Shown piece by piece: positions 50,421 through 64,000 of a DNA stretch of 64,000 bases; position 1 is the first letter of the stretch; each line of letters opens with the position of its first letter. Both the position numbers and the translations under genes were made by a program. Source of the stretch: Paragordius varius (taxonomy: Eukaryota > Animalia > Nematomorpha); assembly GCA_964247055.1 (NCBI GenBank), contig OZ176052.1, positions 744,001 to 808,000 on the forward strand, given 5' to 3'. The notes under the pieces are model-generated. The model was not told the DNA's origin, did no database searches, and worked only from the letters and a program-made list of their open reading frames with translations.

Positions 50421-53344
50421 TTGGCAATAGATTATGGTGGAAAGATATGTTATGTGGTAGTAATTGAAATGAAGGTAAAAATATTAAAATAAAAAAATAT
50501 ATGCAATTTATACTGGTAGCAAGGGTTTTTCAAAAAAATGTGTAAAATTAGTTAACATTTTATTATCTTTTTTATACATCTATAAAGGATTTTTAACATT
50601 TATACCTTCCTATAATATTGGATCATAATTAACTATCTTTTGTAAATCATAATGTTTGTAAAATTTCGCCCTCCCAAATTTTGTCGCTAATAGTAATATA
50701 AATTTATGTTAGGGTATAAAAAAATCGGTATAAAAATATGTTTTTATAGATAAATGTATAATTTTCATGGTGCTTGTGATTTTAAGCTGTGTGAATTGAC
50801 CTTTTTTAGCAATTTCTCCCTAACAATCGCAAAATTTTAGCCCATTATGTCAAATCTGAGTTGTACTATTGTTGTATGGGCGGGATTGAATCCCACTAAA
50901 ATATCCTATTATATAATCTTATATTTATGCAAACAATTTTTATATATGCTTATTACCAATCAACGGTATTTTTCAAAAATGAGTATATAAACATTTAAAA
51001 TTTAGTAAAAAATTAAGCGTAAAATGACTTTGAAGCATGGGAAAACTGTATAAACACACTTGAAATATTAAGACACCTATTATTATGGTGTTGATCTTTA
51101 TCACTAGGGAATCATGATTAAGAAATATGTTTGCCTTAATGGGTTGGTTTTTGAAAAGAACACGATCAATAATTGGCTTTTAAAAATATCTGAAAATACT
51201 TTAAAATTACGGCACGTTAATGGAAGATGGAAACATGTTAGAGTTGGGTAAGAAAATAAAAAAATAATGCGGCAACTCCGGATTATTGGCTCAAATTTAT
51301 TATGCCGGCGTATTTTTTATACAGTAGGCCTTGGCACAGGAAATAATTTAACAGAGTTCGATTTTGATATTAGACATATAAATGTAAATTTGTAAAATTG
51401 CGAATTCAACCAAATTTATGTTCTGTTATTATTTGATTCCCTTTTTTACATGATTCCACTTCAATTATTTTGTTGTAAACAAACTATTGTTTTGAAAGAT
51501 TATGGCTGAAAGTAGAATCGATGTCCTCTAAACAAAAAGCTTATATTTATGTTTTTAGATTGTACAATCCAAAATTATGATAGTCCAAAAACTGAACCAA
51601 TCACAGATATTAAAATTGATAATTAGAAATTTTCTGATTAATTTGAAAGCTTTCTTAGTCAAGTCTTTATAACCATAAACATTTATTTCCCTGCTGCATT
51701 AAATGGCGGCGAAAGTTTTTAAGGATTTTTTCCAATTTATTCTTAAGTTTTGAGCGCCTGAAAGGCTTAAGAATACATTTTTTACAATTTTACCCAATAA
51801 AATATTTAAGATACTTAAGTTGTAAATCTTTCTGAGGTACAAAACTACCACCAAAAGGTAAGAAGTGCTAAATTAATTGATCTAAACGATTAATATCCAT
51901 TTTGTTTTAGCACATAAGTTTTAGATTTGCAGTAAAAATGATTGCTTTTCCGGTTATTATTTTTAAATGGTCAGGAACCACATTCTAGTTTTACTGACGT
52001 TAAAATTTAATATACCAGTTACATTTTAAATTTACAATTGAACAATTCAAATTCACCCCGATATATTTTCACCCTCAAACAAGTTGAATTCACCCTAAAA
52101 TAAATTGTGTGTTTTTTTAGAATAAAAATTACTTATATTTTTCCATATTAAAAAAATAAAATTTGTGTAAAATTAAAATAATACTCTTTAAGCCCAAAAA
52201 CACATAATTTATTTTTAGGGTGATTTAGAATTGTTCAAGGGGGAATTTGGTGGATAAAGGGGGTATTGTGTAATCTCGCTGCCTAATTTTGGAAGAAAGT
52301 GGTTTTAGTTTTTATTTTTACTGCGTTATTATATAATAGCTTTCATTATAATATTTTAATACTTTCTATCATTAATATTTAATTAACAGGTAATACTATC
52401 TCACTTTGTATCAAAGAACATAAATTAATCATTTGTATATTAGTGTTATAAATGTCAATAAACTTAAAAAAAACTTTGCGTTATTACAACATTTATGAAA
52501 AAGTTAATTATAGCCGAAAAGTTTAAGCGAATGTTTGAAAAATACCGTTAATCTTGATTGATATGAAACTCAGAATAGTCTATTAGGGTACTCCGTAAAC
52601 TTCAAGAGATTTTAGTCATGGCTTCGCACCGGACCGGCTCTATGGGGTTGGAACCAACCCGCTTCTGTTCCACTTACTATACTAAAACCACCCAAGTTCT
52701 ATATTTAAATTAGGAAAAATCAGTCTGGTTTTAGTTCCACTTCTTATATAAGTGGTGCTATGAGTTTTTAAAAAATATAATATATTGTTCAAAATATTAT
52801 TTATTGATTTTAGTTTCTCTAGTTATTACTAATCAAAATGGAATCACCATTATATTTGTAAAATTTGTTGTTTAAATATTATTTTATAATGATGTGATCA
52901 CATTTTCTTTTATCCAATTAAAATAATATCATAATATTAACATTGTTATTTACCTTACCTTTAACACTTGAGGAAAACCACAAAGCTAATTATTTTAGCA
53001 GATTTTTATTTATAGTTTAAGAATGTTTACTTTATTTATCAATCAATCTGGTAAAAAAATCATTTATAGCGTTCACAATTAACAATAGCGGAAAAAAACA
53101 TTATATAACAGTGGTCAAGCGGCCCTCCAGATTTTTTTAGCCACAAATTTTAAAAATATTGCAACCATGTACCATTAGCGGTATATATTACGGCTCACGG
53201 TATTGAAAGAAATTTTTCCACGCTAATTTTTATATTTTTAGATCTAAGAAGTAGTCTGACGACCGAATTGTTTGGTTCAATCATTTTAAAGAGGTTTTAT
53301 CCATAGATGTAATAATCTATATATTTATAAAAATGGAAAATGCT

Positions 53345-54212
53345 GGCTTTGTGATCTGGTACAGGAAAAACGGTAGACCCATTCAAATCCAAACTTCGAA
53401 AAAATATAATTATTAATGAATGCCCCGACAATAGCTTCTCCCTTTTTTTTGAAATAGGCCCCCAGTTCGGGCCCACCCCGTGTGAAAAATGGGTTTTTGA
53501 GACAATTTTTCGGAGAACGTGTTGGTCCATTCAATTTTAAATATGATTTTTGTTTACTTATTTTCGATTGCGCCGAACATAGTCGAGTCACTTTTTTGAT
53601 TTAGGCCCTCTTTTTACCCGCTACCCCCGTAAAATGCCTTAGGCCCTCTTTTTACCCGCTACCCCCGTAAAATGCCATTTTTTTCAAAAAACAAAGTCCA
53701 CAAAAATAATTTTTTAAATCTATTTTCCGCCCTAGGTATGAGACCGTAAAAATTCAATATGGATTCCACGTATTCCCTGTTAAAAGGCAAAAATTTTAGT
53801 CAGGCGTTTCTTTGATGATAGCTGCTGGGTAAGGAGCTACCCGCTAAAAACTGATTTCTCATGTAACTTTGTGATCTGTTTCCGGAAAACCGGTGAACCC
53901 ATTCAAATCCAAACATAAAAAAAAAATAATATCATCAATGAATGCCCCGACAATAGCTTCGCCCTTTTTTGGAATTAGGTCCCCAGTTCGGGCCCACCCC
54001 GTGTGAAAAATGGGTTAAGTCAATTTTTTGGAGAACGTGTTGGACCATTCAATTTCAAATATGATTTTTGGTTACTTATTTTTGATCGCGCTGACCATAG
54101 TCGACTCACTTTTTTGATTTAGGCCCTCTTTTTACCCGCTCCCCCCGTAAAATGCCATTTTTTTCAAAAAAAACAAAGTCCACAAAAATTATTTTTTAAA
54201 TCTATTTTTCCC
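53345..54212. repeat. Two ~350-400-nt direct copies of a GC-richer, probably TE-derived, sequence
   Basis: CTTTGTGATCTG...CCCATTCAAATCCAAAC...GGGCCCACCCCGTGTGAAAAATGGG...TTAGGCCCTCTTTTTACCCGCT.CCCCCGTAAAATGCC at ~53345-53745 and ~53865-54212. The first copy has an internal 38-nt duplication. Confidence 0.75.
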
Positions 54213-54434
54213 CAAGTAAACAATAAATTAGTATGAATGCACCGTTTTAAGATTCCTATGAGATCATAGCTATTAAATAATTTTTCGAAATAATCCACAT
54301 ATGTAGATCATTTTATTGTCCCTTTTTTCAAATAACCCCCTCCCCCCAAGAAGTCCGAAGGACTTCCTCGGGCTGCGTAGCAGCACGAGATTTACGCTAG
54401 TTAATATAATAAATACACTTATTAGCTACCTTAG

Positions 54435-55838
54435 TGTTATCTAACCGAATAAATTCAGTTCATTTCAAGTAACAAAGGTTATATTATTTACATATTACAC
54501 AAATAATATAGAAAATAATACAATTCAAATAAGGGTGAAAGTTATGATATATAACCAAGGTATGTATTTCACATTTGCATGTAACACAGAAAATTATGAT
54601 ATAAAAATAAAGTATCTTTCAGATTTGCATAACATTCCTTCCCCCTTAAGAGAACCCGACCGGCTTCCGCCGAATTCTCTCGGGGTAACGACGCTCGTGC
54701 GGATTTTCATTGATATTGTCATTATTGCTATTGTTATTATTATCAATAATGTTACCATTAATATTAGTGTTATTATCGTGATCATTATCATTACTATTGT
54801 TTGAGTGACCGGTGTCGTGGGTGTGTCGACGAATCTTAGTTTGAAAGATAACATTCTATGTTATGTGTGTCGACGTGTTTCATTTGATCTCTGCCTGCCA
54901 CCCTAGACCATTCCTTTGAAACTGGTCCAGGCGCACTGATATACTATGGGCGCTGTAACGAATCTAAACAGTGTCCTTTTGTAACTGACACATCCTCTTA
55001 TTGTTGAAATCGTCGAGGTGTAGCTTTAACTCGGCCTGGGGAGGTAGGCGTCTTACCGATCATTCTTATTACAAGTTTGTCCGCGCCAATCTTACTTACC
55101 CATCCATCAATTGTTGAATGATGTGGGAGTCCTCCCCAGCCATTTGTTGATAATGATTTCAAAGTTGCTATAGATTATTAGCCCGTTCGCTTTCAGTGCA
55201 ATGGCGGTTGAACATTTTTTTGGCAGTTTGATCTACATTAGCGAAGTGGTTGGGTTTTCCGCATTTGCAATTGCGGTTCCAGGCGGGACATTTGTTTGGC
55301 CCATGAACACTCCCATAACCCTTGCGCGAATGTGTCAGAGGTTGATTGTTGTGATCGAAAAATTATTACCATTGTTCTAATTGGTATTATCATTAAATTT
55401 TTTACTGGACATGCTGGTAATATTGGCAATTGACATTGTCATGGTTGTGGAACAACTCCCCATCCGAGTTTGGAACCCGGAGGTTCCACTGTTGTGTTAG
55501 ATTAGTTGTTAGATTAGTTCGATACTCGAATTGCCACCAGTTGTTATCTTTTAATATGATGAGGAGATAATATAAGAAATGTGAAATGAACTGAACTATT
55601 TATTTGGTTTTTTTAGGGTTTATATAGTAAATTTAGTTGTACATAATTTGCATTATATCAATAAAATTTCAAGTAACAAAGGTTATATTATTTACATATT
55701 ACACAAATAATATAGAAAATAATACAATTCAAATAAGGGTGAAAGTTATGATATATAACCAAGGTATGTATTTCACATTTGCATGTAACACAGAAAATTA
55801 TGATATAAAAATAAAGTATCTTTCAGATTTGCATAACA
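54435..55838 (-). mobile_element. Internally deleted, non-autonomous Ty3/Gypsy-type LTR retrotransposon (1404 bp)
   Basis: TGTTAT...ATAACA ends; 5-bp TSD CTTAG (54430-54434 and 55839-55843); LTRs at 54435-54634 and 55542-55838 share an apparently identical 173-nt block; PBS TGGTGGCA next to the 5' LTR; PPT AAGGGGGAAGGAA before the 3' LTR; Gag knuckle remnant HGPNKCPAWNRNCKCGKPNHFA; integrase tail RRYPERIRRKP. Confidence 0.92.
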
Positions 55839-57868
55839 CTTAGTATAATACATTTAACAAACTATTTTAATTTATAATTGTTGATGTATTGGTTTATATT
55901 ATAATTAAAATCTTAAATTTATTTAACGAAAATTCAGGAACCAAAATCCAAACTGTGTCAAATGTAAAGAACCGATTTGCGGACTTGTTTTTAACTAAGA
56001 GACTTTATGCATAATAAAAAAATATCAGGGAAACGGGTGGGATTCATTCAGATTTAAAATTGATTTTTTATTCATTAATAAATGCGCCGATTGTCGGGTT
56101 ATTCTTTTAAGACCCTCAAGTAAGCCTCATCCCGTATTATAATAGGAGTGATATAAGTTACCAAGAGTAAATTTTTGAAAAAGATTTTCACTCAAGTTAT
56201 GAGACCATAACAAGTAAATAGTGGATTCAGATATACCCTGCAAAAAAATTAGCCCAGCGCCTTTTTTAATTATCATTAACAATATAGAATATACATTTTA
56301 ACGGTTTCTTATCACACTATAGTTGAGCAATTCGCAAAATGGTAGAGTATGAAAAAAGAAAGGCAAAAATTATTTATTCAACATTTTGTCCTTTTTTCCA
56401 TACATTACTGTGTTGCGAATTGCCCAATTATAATGTGAAAGGAGCAACCATTAAAATGCATACTGTAAAAATAAACTGATAGAAGCATCATAATATTTGA
56501 CCAAACTATAAGACCATAATAATTCATTGAAGGTTGTAGAAAAGCAAAAACTTTTTTAGTCCAAGGCTTTTAACAGATAAGCCGCAAGGTAATATTCTAC
56601 AATCTGTAAAATGTACTACATATACATATAAGAAATAAGCTAACTTTGAGGCTAAATGCATAAATTATGAGATCATATGGGGATAAAAGTATTTCCCGAA
56701 CAAGGGTAGTTTTATCCAGCGCTTGTTTTTAAAAAACCCCTGGGTAGGCTTCCCCTGTATGTTAAATACGCCATTTAAAAAGAACGTGGCTTTAATGATT
56801 ATCGGTTCTGTGTGCACATGGATTAAATCATGGTTTCCAAATTCTTTTAGTGTTAAAGCAAAAATTAGTCTAGTGTTTTAATTGAAACCTCTAAATACGC
56901 CTCCACCAAAAAATATCGTTACTCAAATTTTACTGAAAATCAGGAATGACGGGTTTTTAATAATTTGGAAATTGTGCAGACTACTTATGAATGCGCCGAA
57001 AACCGAGCCAATTTTTTGAAGTTATCTTTTCTGTATGCCCCCTACCCCCTTTTTGCAAAATTTTAGGTATTACCTAAAGCAAAAAATTTAACCCATCGTT
57101 TTTTGATCCGCTAGGTAAAGTTGCACACTCTGTAATATACGCCCAGTGTAACGTAGCTTTGATGCAAATTTCCAACATGATAATAGAAAATTAAGAATTT
57201 TTTTTAGAATTTTTCGTAAAAAGGCGAAAATTCTATTAACAAGCAGGTTAGTAGGGGTCCACCCTCAGTTTAAAAAGCTACCGTGTAAAAATAGGGTGAT
57301 TTATTATTTTTCGCCAATAAAAATATAAAATCACTAGCGATTTTAGATGTTTCAGATATAAAAGCAAAAACTTAGGTTGAGTGCGATTTTTAATTGAGTA
57401 CGGGTAGGGCCCAACCCATTGTAAAATACGCCGCCATGAATACTGTGGTGAACCTAACATATATCGATGTAAAAATGGTGGGAGCTATTTCGGTATAAAG
57501 GCAATTTTAATATAATAGAGGGGTGTCTAACCCACTATGTTTGGTGCGAAAAAGTGTTCTAAAAAATATAAATAAATCATAAATTCACGATTATTTAGAA
57601 GATATATCATCCAACATTGTGCTTAAAATGAATTAAAAAAACACAAAAATTATCAAAGCAGCTCGCAATGACATCTTTGGACGCCCCTAGTCTAACCCTT
57701 TTTTCAAAGTAGCCACTGGGTACGATTCCGCCCTAGGTAAAATAATCCACCTTATTAGAACAACATGATGAAGCAAATTTTCGGTCATTTTATAATACCA
57801 GCTTATAATAATGTTAGATGTTTCCCATATAAAAGTAACAATGTGCATTTGGGCTTTTTTAATTAGAC

Positions 57869-58155
57869 CAGGGGTGTCCAATATAAGTGACTTTGCCGGG
57901 CAATTTATTGATTCATAAAAACCGGCGGACCACATAAATTATAGAGGCATTAATAAATATTTTATTGGATTTTAAGCGAGGGACTGTTAAATGCAATCAC
58001 AATACAATAAATTTTTCTATATCTTTGCCGATGACATATACTTTATCAGAAAATATGGATAAGAAATGTAAATTTACCAAGTTGTTAGCATTTGACATAC
58101 TAAAAGTTTCAAAAATTTTCGCGAGCCATACATAATACCTTAGAGGGCCGCATCC
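57869..58155. mobile_element. hAT (Charlie-like) non-autonomous remnant
   Basis: Starts CAGGGGTGTCCAA after TTAGAC, typical of hAT-Charlie ends. Contains GGCGGACCACATAAA and GAGGGCCGCATC motifs. The right end is unclear. Confidence 0.45.
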
Positions 58156-59091
58156 TGAATTAAACCATGGCTGAAATCCCACCCCGTATTAAATACGTAT
58201 CCGAACAAAAAATCAAGTCTATGGAGTATTTATACTTTTTTGGTTATTTCAAATTTATTTATTAACTATTCACTAATGATATTTCCGACTGAATCATAGC
58301 GACGAATACCTAATTTTCTAAAATTATCTCAGTTATTGGACTTAGTAAACGAGAAAAAAAATTAAAAAATATAATCACTTAAAAAATTTAAAGGTATTTT
58401 TAAATATCGTGCATAAAATTAACATAATAATTGGTATAATTTGTTGACAATAAATTTTAAAAAATTTAGCAAACTGGATAATTTCATTTTGATTGTGAAA
58501 TTACATTAAATTTTAACCCAAATTGGAACCGTTTCGTATTTATAAAAGTACCGCAAAACTTTTTATTAATTTAAAATTACTATTAAATTATTATTAATGT
58601 TTCTCTTCATTTTGAAAAAATATATTTGGGTATGAAGGAGAATAAACTACCAGATATTTTGAACCCTGACGCAGTGTAAAATTAATTGAAGTAGACTTTA
58701 AACAATACCACATTAACTTAAACTTAGAAACAAAAGTTTAAAACTTACTAAAATATCATATAATTTTGTGTTAATTTTGAGGTCTCTTTACGATAAGATA
58801 TAGAATTATTTCTCAAAATAGGGCGATAAAAAAATCAATTCAAACTACCGAAAATTTTCAAAATAATAAAGATAATAATTTATTTTGGGGCCTCTTTTGA
58901 GGAATTCTTAAACGATCGAACATTAGTTTAGTTCTTGTGGTGGAATCTCAGAGATATAGTTCCGCCTCTGAGCATTTGGCTGCATTCATAAGCCCCCAAT
59001 TCCATGTATAATTCGAACAAAGAAAATATCAATTAATTTGTTTATTTTTTGATTTAATTTATTATCTTATATTATATATAACTTTCTTAAC

Positions 59092-59129
59092 TAATCTCCT
59101 GATGATGCCCATGGCGAAAATTTGGATTA
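59092..59129 (+). ncRNA. Minimal type I hammerhead ribozyme motif with intact core
   Basis: TAATC(T)C-CTGATGA-T-GCC-cat-GGC-GAA-AATT-T-GGATTA. Complete CUGAUGA and GAAA cores, short stem II, palindromic stem III AATT, and stem I with one bulge. Confidence 0.72.
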
Positions 59130-59391
59130 ATAAATTATATTTTATTTTTACGTTATTTTACGACGATTTTCACATCATTTCCATTACAAACCCTCGTCCT
59201 TCACACTCAATAGGTCATTCTTAGTTTTTTACGGGAATAAAATTTATTTTTATTGAGGTAATCTAATAATACTCTATTAAACTCTACATTTTTTGTGTAC
59301 AAATACAAGATAACTTATAAATTTTTTAAGAAAAATTTTATTTTCTTTTAATTCAAAAAAGAAGTATAAAAGTCAGCGCAGTTTTATTGAT

Positions 59392-59555
59392 CCGTACTGT
59401 ACTGCAAAAAACAGCCAATCTGGTGTTAGAAAGACCTTTAGAGGTTGCGATTTGCATAGACCATACAATACCCTAGTGTTCAATTTTAAGTTACAGTAAC
59501 GAGAGGTATTATTTAATGTGACCAGATAGGCTGTTTTTCGCAGTACAGTACTGGG
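59392..59555. repeat. Inverted repeat or small MITE core
   Basis: GTACTGTACTGCAAAAAACAGCCAATCTGGT versus ACCAGATAGGCTGTTTTTCGCAGTACAGTAC. Confidence 0.65.
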
Positions 59556-62093
59556 TTTTCAGAAAAAAATTGCGCCTGTACTGCGCCCACTTTTGTACTG
59601 CTTTTTGAAATTAAAAAAATTTAATTTTTTATAATTAAATATTAATTACCTTTTATTTATTCAAAAAAATTATTTTAGAATTTAATATAGTACCTCTGCA
59701 AAATAACCCCATAATTTGTAAAGAAATGGTTCATTTTTAGGTAAAAAAACTAAGATTGGCCTGTTTTTAATTGGTTAATCTTTTACTCGGCAAGAAATAT
59801 ACATATAATTGGGATTTAAATCGGTAAAACCGCTTATGATTGCAGCCTTTCGCGCTAGGCGAAACTTTATCACAAAGATTCAAACTAATGGCTCTTTTAC
59901 TCAGGGCTTCCGCAAAAAGAGGTGCCTCAAAATTTAATACCAACATTAATTTATGATATTTTCATAAATGTTTGATCTTTAAAGTTCATTTTTTGACATA
60001 ATTATCAAACGGTATAGAAAATTGTATTCCCATATATTATTTAAAATTTATTATATATGGCACATGATTGCTAAATAATCTGTTTTCATATTAAAAATTA
60101 AAGTTTTTTAAGCTTTCTATACTCATTAGGTGGAAGTATGATATTTCTTAATTTTTTCCCTAAAATTTAATTTTTTTAGTTTTATTATTTTTTTCCATAA
60201 CAAATTTGAGATATTTTGTTGAGCGTACTTCAAATATTTTGAAAGAGATGGAAACGATATAACGCTTTGAGATATAATAAAACCCTTTTTAAACGATGTT
60301 ATTGGAGAATTTTAATTTAAAGGTTTGTTTGCTTGCAAATTTTGGTGAATTTATGTAAAAAAACATTAATGCTGAGTGAGAAAAACGTATAGCATTATCG
60401 AATTATATATGTGTTAAACGGCAAAATTTCGATAAAAATTAAATTTTTGAAAGTATGCACTTATTTAGAATATTTAGTTGATATCATTTAGCATATATTT
60501 AAAATTATTGCACAATGTCGGAGTTTTTGTGTTTTCTTTAAGAGAACAATCCATTAAGGCCAAAAAATTTATCTAACAATTTAAAATTTTTACAATTATT
60601 ATTTTGCTTTTTATATGCTGTTTATAGTATATTTAGTGATATGCATTTAGTAGAAAAAATTGCGCACCTTTTGCAATTTTATACGGAGCACCTACCACAA
60701 AAGTGTAAATAATTTACTTTAATAACTCGTAACGGTTAAACAAAAACACCATGATAATCCTGATATTTTCCTATCAGAATATAAATATTTTATCAGTATA
60801 TTTTTTTGAAAACTGTGTAAAATTTCACACCGATGGTGTAAAAACAGGAAATCGATGTTTTAATTTTGTACTGCGTCAGAGTTTAAAATATCTGGTCACA
60901 TTAGTATTATTGGCATTTCGGAATTTTTAAATGGCCAAAAATGGGAAATTTAATTTACATGTCTGATACCATAAATGAGATTTTTTTGAAAATTGTGTAT
61001 AAAAAACACAGTGTTCATTTATATATTGGTATAACGTATAAAATAAAAAATTTCATACATGGAAACGGACATGTAAATTAAAGCCCCCATTTAGCCATTT
61101 AAAATGCCGAAAGGCCTATGCTCTCGGTAATGTTAATAGATTAACGATTTTTCACAAGATATAACTAGGGTTTAAATTTTTAATTCGTTAAAATTAACTA
61201 CTGTATAATGAGTACAATTTTTCGTGGTCACACGCACTCATTAACACAAAAAATGTATGTTAAAACTAAATCAAGTGAAAAACACAGTTAATTGAAAAAT
61301 TGGTTATATTCAACATATAAATACATAATTTATTTTGATTCAAATTACGTAAAAATTGAAAACGAACTAAATGTGAAAATATAAAGATAAAAATTTTTTT
61401 CAAAAGACAACCATACATTTTTAAACCTTAATTTATCCTGAAAAAACATTTAATTATAATCGTAAAATACATAGTTGAATGTGTTACCAATTTAAATTTC
61501 TAAATATTATAATTAGTAGTTTAAAACAATGATTTTATTTAAAAAAATCAAGATTAAAAGTATGATTGTCCATTTGAAAAAAATATTTGTCGTAATATTT
61601 TTACATTTTGTTCGTATAATTTCAATTTTTTGTAAGAATTTTATACATGTAAGTTTTATCGTGTTATATTAATCTATAATAAACATGGACAAAGTTATTG
61701 CCTAATTAAAATGGTAACAATCACTCATCGATGAGAACCAAGCGTAGTTTTATCGATAAATACGCAAATAGATGATTAATTTTTTATCATTATCAAAAAA
61801 TGTCGTAACATTTTAGTTTTTTAATAATTTTTTGGTTATACGTAACCGGGCATTATCAGCTTAGTTATATATACATAGTTTTAACGTTGCACATTAAATC
61901 AATATATTAATATTTATTTAAGGTATTATAATTATCCTTTTGCGTTATTAACTCTTAATAGTTTATGTGGAGAATAAAGTTACATTAACTGATACAGTAG
62001 CGTATGGTATAAAAAACTTGGTGAATTATTAAACAAATTCGTAATGTTAAATAAAGGAAATTGATCAATTTCAAACATTTGATGCTTTTTACC

Positions 62094-64000
62094 TAAGGTG
62101 ACCAGACGTCCCGCTTTCTCACACTTTGTCCCGCGTCCCGCTGCGTTTTTGAAATGTCCCGCTTTTTCACGATTATAAATTTTTTTTTAAATACATTTAA
62201 ATTTATTATAAAAAATTTATTTATCCGTTTAAATTTTTTATCATCAGTTATCTTTAAAATCTATATTAATTTTAAATTGAGATTTTTTATTTTTAAAATA
62301 AAATATTTATTTTTTTCGAATATATATCATATGATTATACATTTGCTTTCTAATCCTACTGCCAACATTATCAAAATACAAATAAATACCACAAATCGGT
62401 AGCTTATACGTTTACTCCAGAAAATTAAGATAATAAAAGTTTTTCATACTAATATTTTAGTTATATTACCTGCCAACATTATAAAAAAACAAATTAATAC
62501 AACAAATCGGTAGCTTATACGTTTACTCCAGAAAATTAAGGCAATATAATATTTTTTTATATTATATTAGTTTAAAAATATGAGTATAAAAAGAGGTTGT
62601 AAATTTAAGGATGAATTAATGAAAGAATCCTTTTATCAAAAAAACGAAGAACGAATCATTTGTTAAATGTTCTCTATGCGAAGGGGAATTCACCCTAGCA
62701 CATGGCTGCAAGCATGATATTACGAAGCATATGAAAACACAGAAACATAAACAATGTTTAGATATGGCGGCATCATCTTACAAAATGAGCGATTTTAAAC
62801 CGCTTTTGGAGAAAGAAGAAAAGAATGGTCTAGCCGAATGCGTTTTATCTTTTCACGCCGTTAATCACAATCATTCCTTTAGATCTATGGAATGTACCTC
62901 ACAGGTTATTCGTGCCGTACAAAGGCTGAAGCCATTGTATCCAATGTCCTTTCGTCACATGCATTTTCTGAAATACAAAAAGATTTGCTGACTGATGTAT
63001 CAAATCAGGAAACAAAATTATTTCCCACTTTAATAAGATATATTGATCCAGAAACCGGAGTTTAATTAAAATTTATTTTATTTCTCTACCCGGTGTAAAT
63101 TCCGACATAATTTTTACTTCAATAATGAATATTCTAGAAAAAATAATGACAAAATTATCGCATGCGCTGTCAACACCAATACGAACCTCGGTAGAAAAGC
63201 AAGGAGGGGAACAAAAAATAATTTTTATAAATTAGCAGATAATCTTAATCAAAACATTATTGACGTTGGGTGTGCAGCGCAAACGCTATTCAAACAGCTG
63301 CTGATTTGTTACCCCTAGACGTGAAAAATGTAGTTGTTAAAATATATTTCTAATTTTATATACACGGTACGAGTTGAAACGCTTAAGGAATTCTGTGAAA
63401 ATACAGAAGTTCAATATCAAAAAATGCTTGGATATTGCAAAACTCGTTGGTTAGCTCTTCTGCCAGCTCTCGAAACAATTTTAAAAATATCCTTTAAAAT
63501 CGTTTTTTGTTCACAGGACAAACTTTGGAAAAGTTTTTTAAAAGTGATTCTTCAAAAATATGGTTAGAGTTCCTACATAATCAAGCATCTCTCTTTCAAC
63601 ATGTTATTCAATTGATAGAAGGTGACAAAAATTCGGGAAGTAGCCAATGAAGTTAGGAACCGAAAATTCCAATGTCAAGAAAGGTTAGAAAATAATTTTT
63701 ATCAGTAACCATCCGCAATATTATAAATAAGTTAGAAAAACAAGGCTTAATAAATCCCCAAGATATGTACCATATAAAAATGTTTTATACAAGCTGTAGA
63801 TCATTTGGAAGACTGGACGGTGCAATTCAATGAAATTGATCATTTTCATTGGAGAACATTAAAACCAAAATTTAATTGGTGCGATGTTCAAAAATCATTT
63901 GGTTACATCTGCATTTTCCGAAAATTCCCAAAAAGTAACCTTTCAGAAAATATCTTTTTTCAGAAGTATCATTAGTTACAAAATATATTAATAATGAAAA
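62094..64000 (+). mobile_element. Decayed hAT DNA transposon (Blackjack-like), truncated by the window end
   Basis: Left end TAAGGTGACCAGACGTCCCG with repeated GTCCCG subterminal motifs. Frameshifted transposase from ~62590 includes a BED-like finger (VKCSLCEGEFTLAHGCKHDITKHMKTQKH), FHAVNHNHSFRSMEC and GYCKTRWLALLPALETIL. Confidence 0.85.

Noticed and set aside
51100-51720. Possible retroelement remnant (LTEFDFDIRHIN resembles a Gypsy RNase H end)
   Set aside because: It is a single short motif among many stops, too weak to call.
52615-52680. GC-rich island with a B-box-like GGTTCCAACCCC on the minus strand; similar motif near 50880
   Set aside because: No cloverleaf or A box could be built, so it is not called as tRNA or SINE.
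54535-54854. Ile/Val-rich and Thr/Ile-rich ORFs
   Set aside because: These are off-frame or antisense readings of the LTR and the AAT-rich integrase tail of the LTR element.
58200-61200. Possible large foldback element suggested by inverted matches (58660-58690 versus 60865-60895)
   Set aside because: The matches are short and I could not define termini or a TSD by eye.

Overview
This is extremely AT-rich, repeat-dense eukaryotic DNA, almost certainly metazoan, read with the standard code. The taxon cannot be assigned from the sequence alone. I assembled five spliced genes by hand, each with phase-consistent GT-AG junctions and a CDS length divisible by 3: COA6 (+, 2665-2924), clathrin light chain (-, 7823-5955, possibly extending to 5503), a secreted five-domain antistasin-like inhibitor (-, 15013-9296), protein kinase D (+, 18922-45988, 20 exons) and an SRSF4/5/6 (B52-like) splicing factor (-, 50420-47507). 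Most listed six-frame ORFs are repeat artefacts or single exons. Mobile DNA includes a head-to-head pair of decayed Penelope-like elements with minimal hammerhead motifs inside an antistasin intron, a 1.4-kb internally deleted Gypsy-type LTR element with a 5-bp TSD, a decayed hAT transposon, and several abundant MITE, foldback and Helentron-like families. The most unusual features are: (i) 23-29 nt introns next to 0.4-4 kb introns; (ii) repeated expansion of PKD introns by tandem arrays anchored on splice sites, which copy exon ends plus donors and create candidate micro-exons; (iii) a PKD that apparently lacks its N-terminal ubiquitin-like dimerisation domain; (iv) a ~1.7-kb intronic inverted repeat whose sense-strand ribozyme copy is the more decayed one; (v) poison-type 3' splice sites in the SWQ|DLKD intron of the SR gene. 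All gene models are manual and need RNA confirmation.
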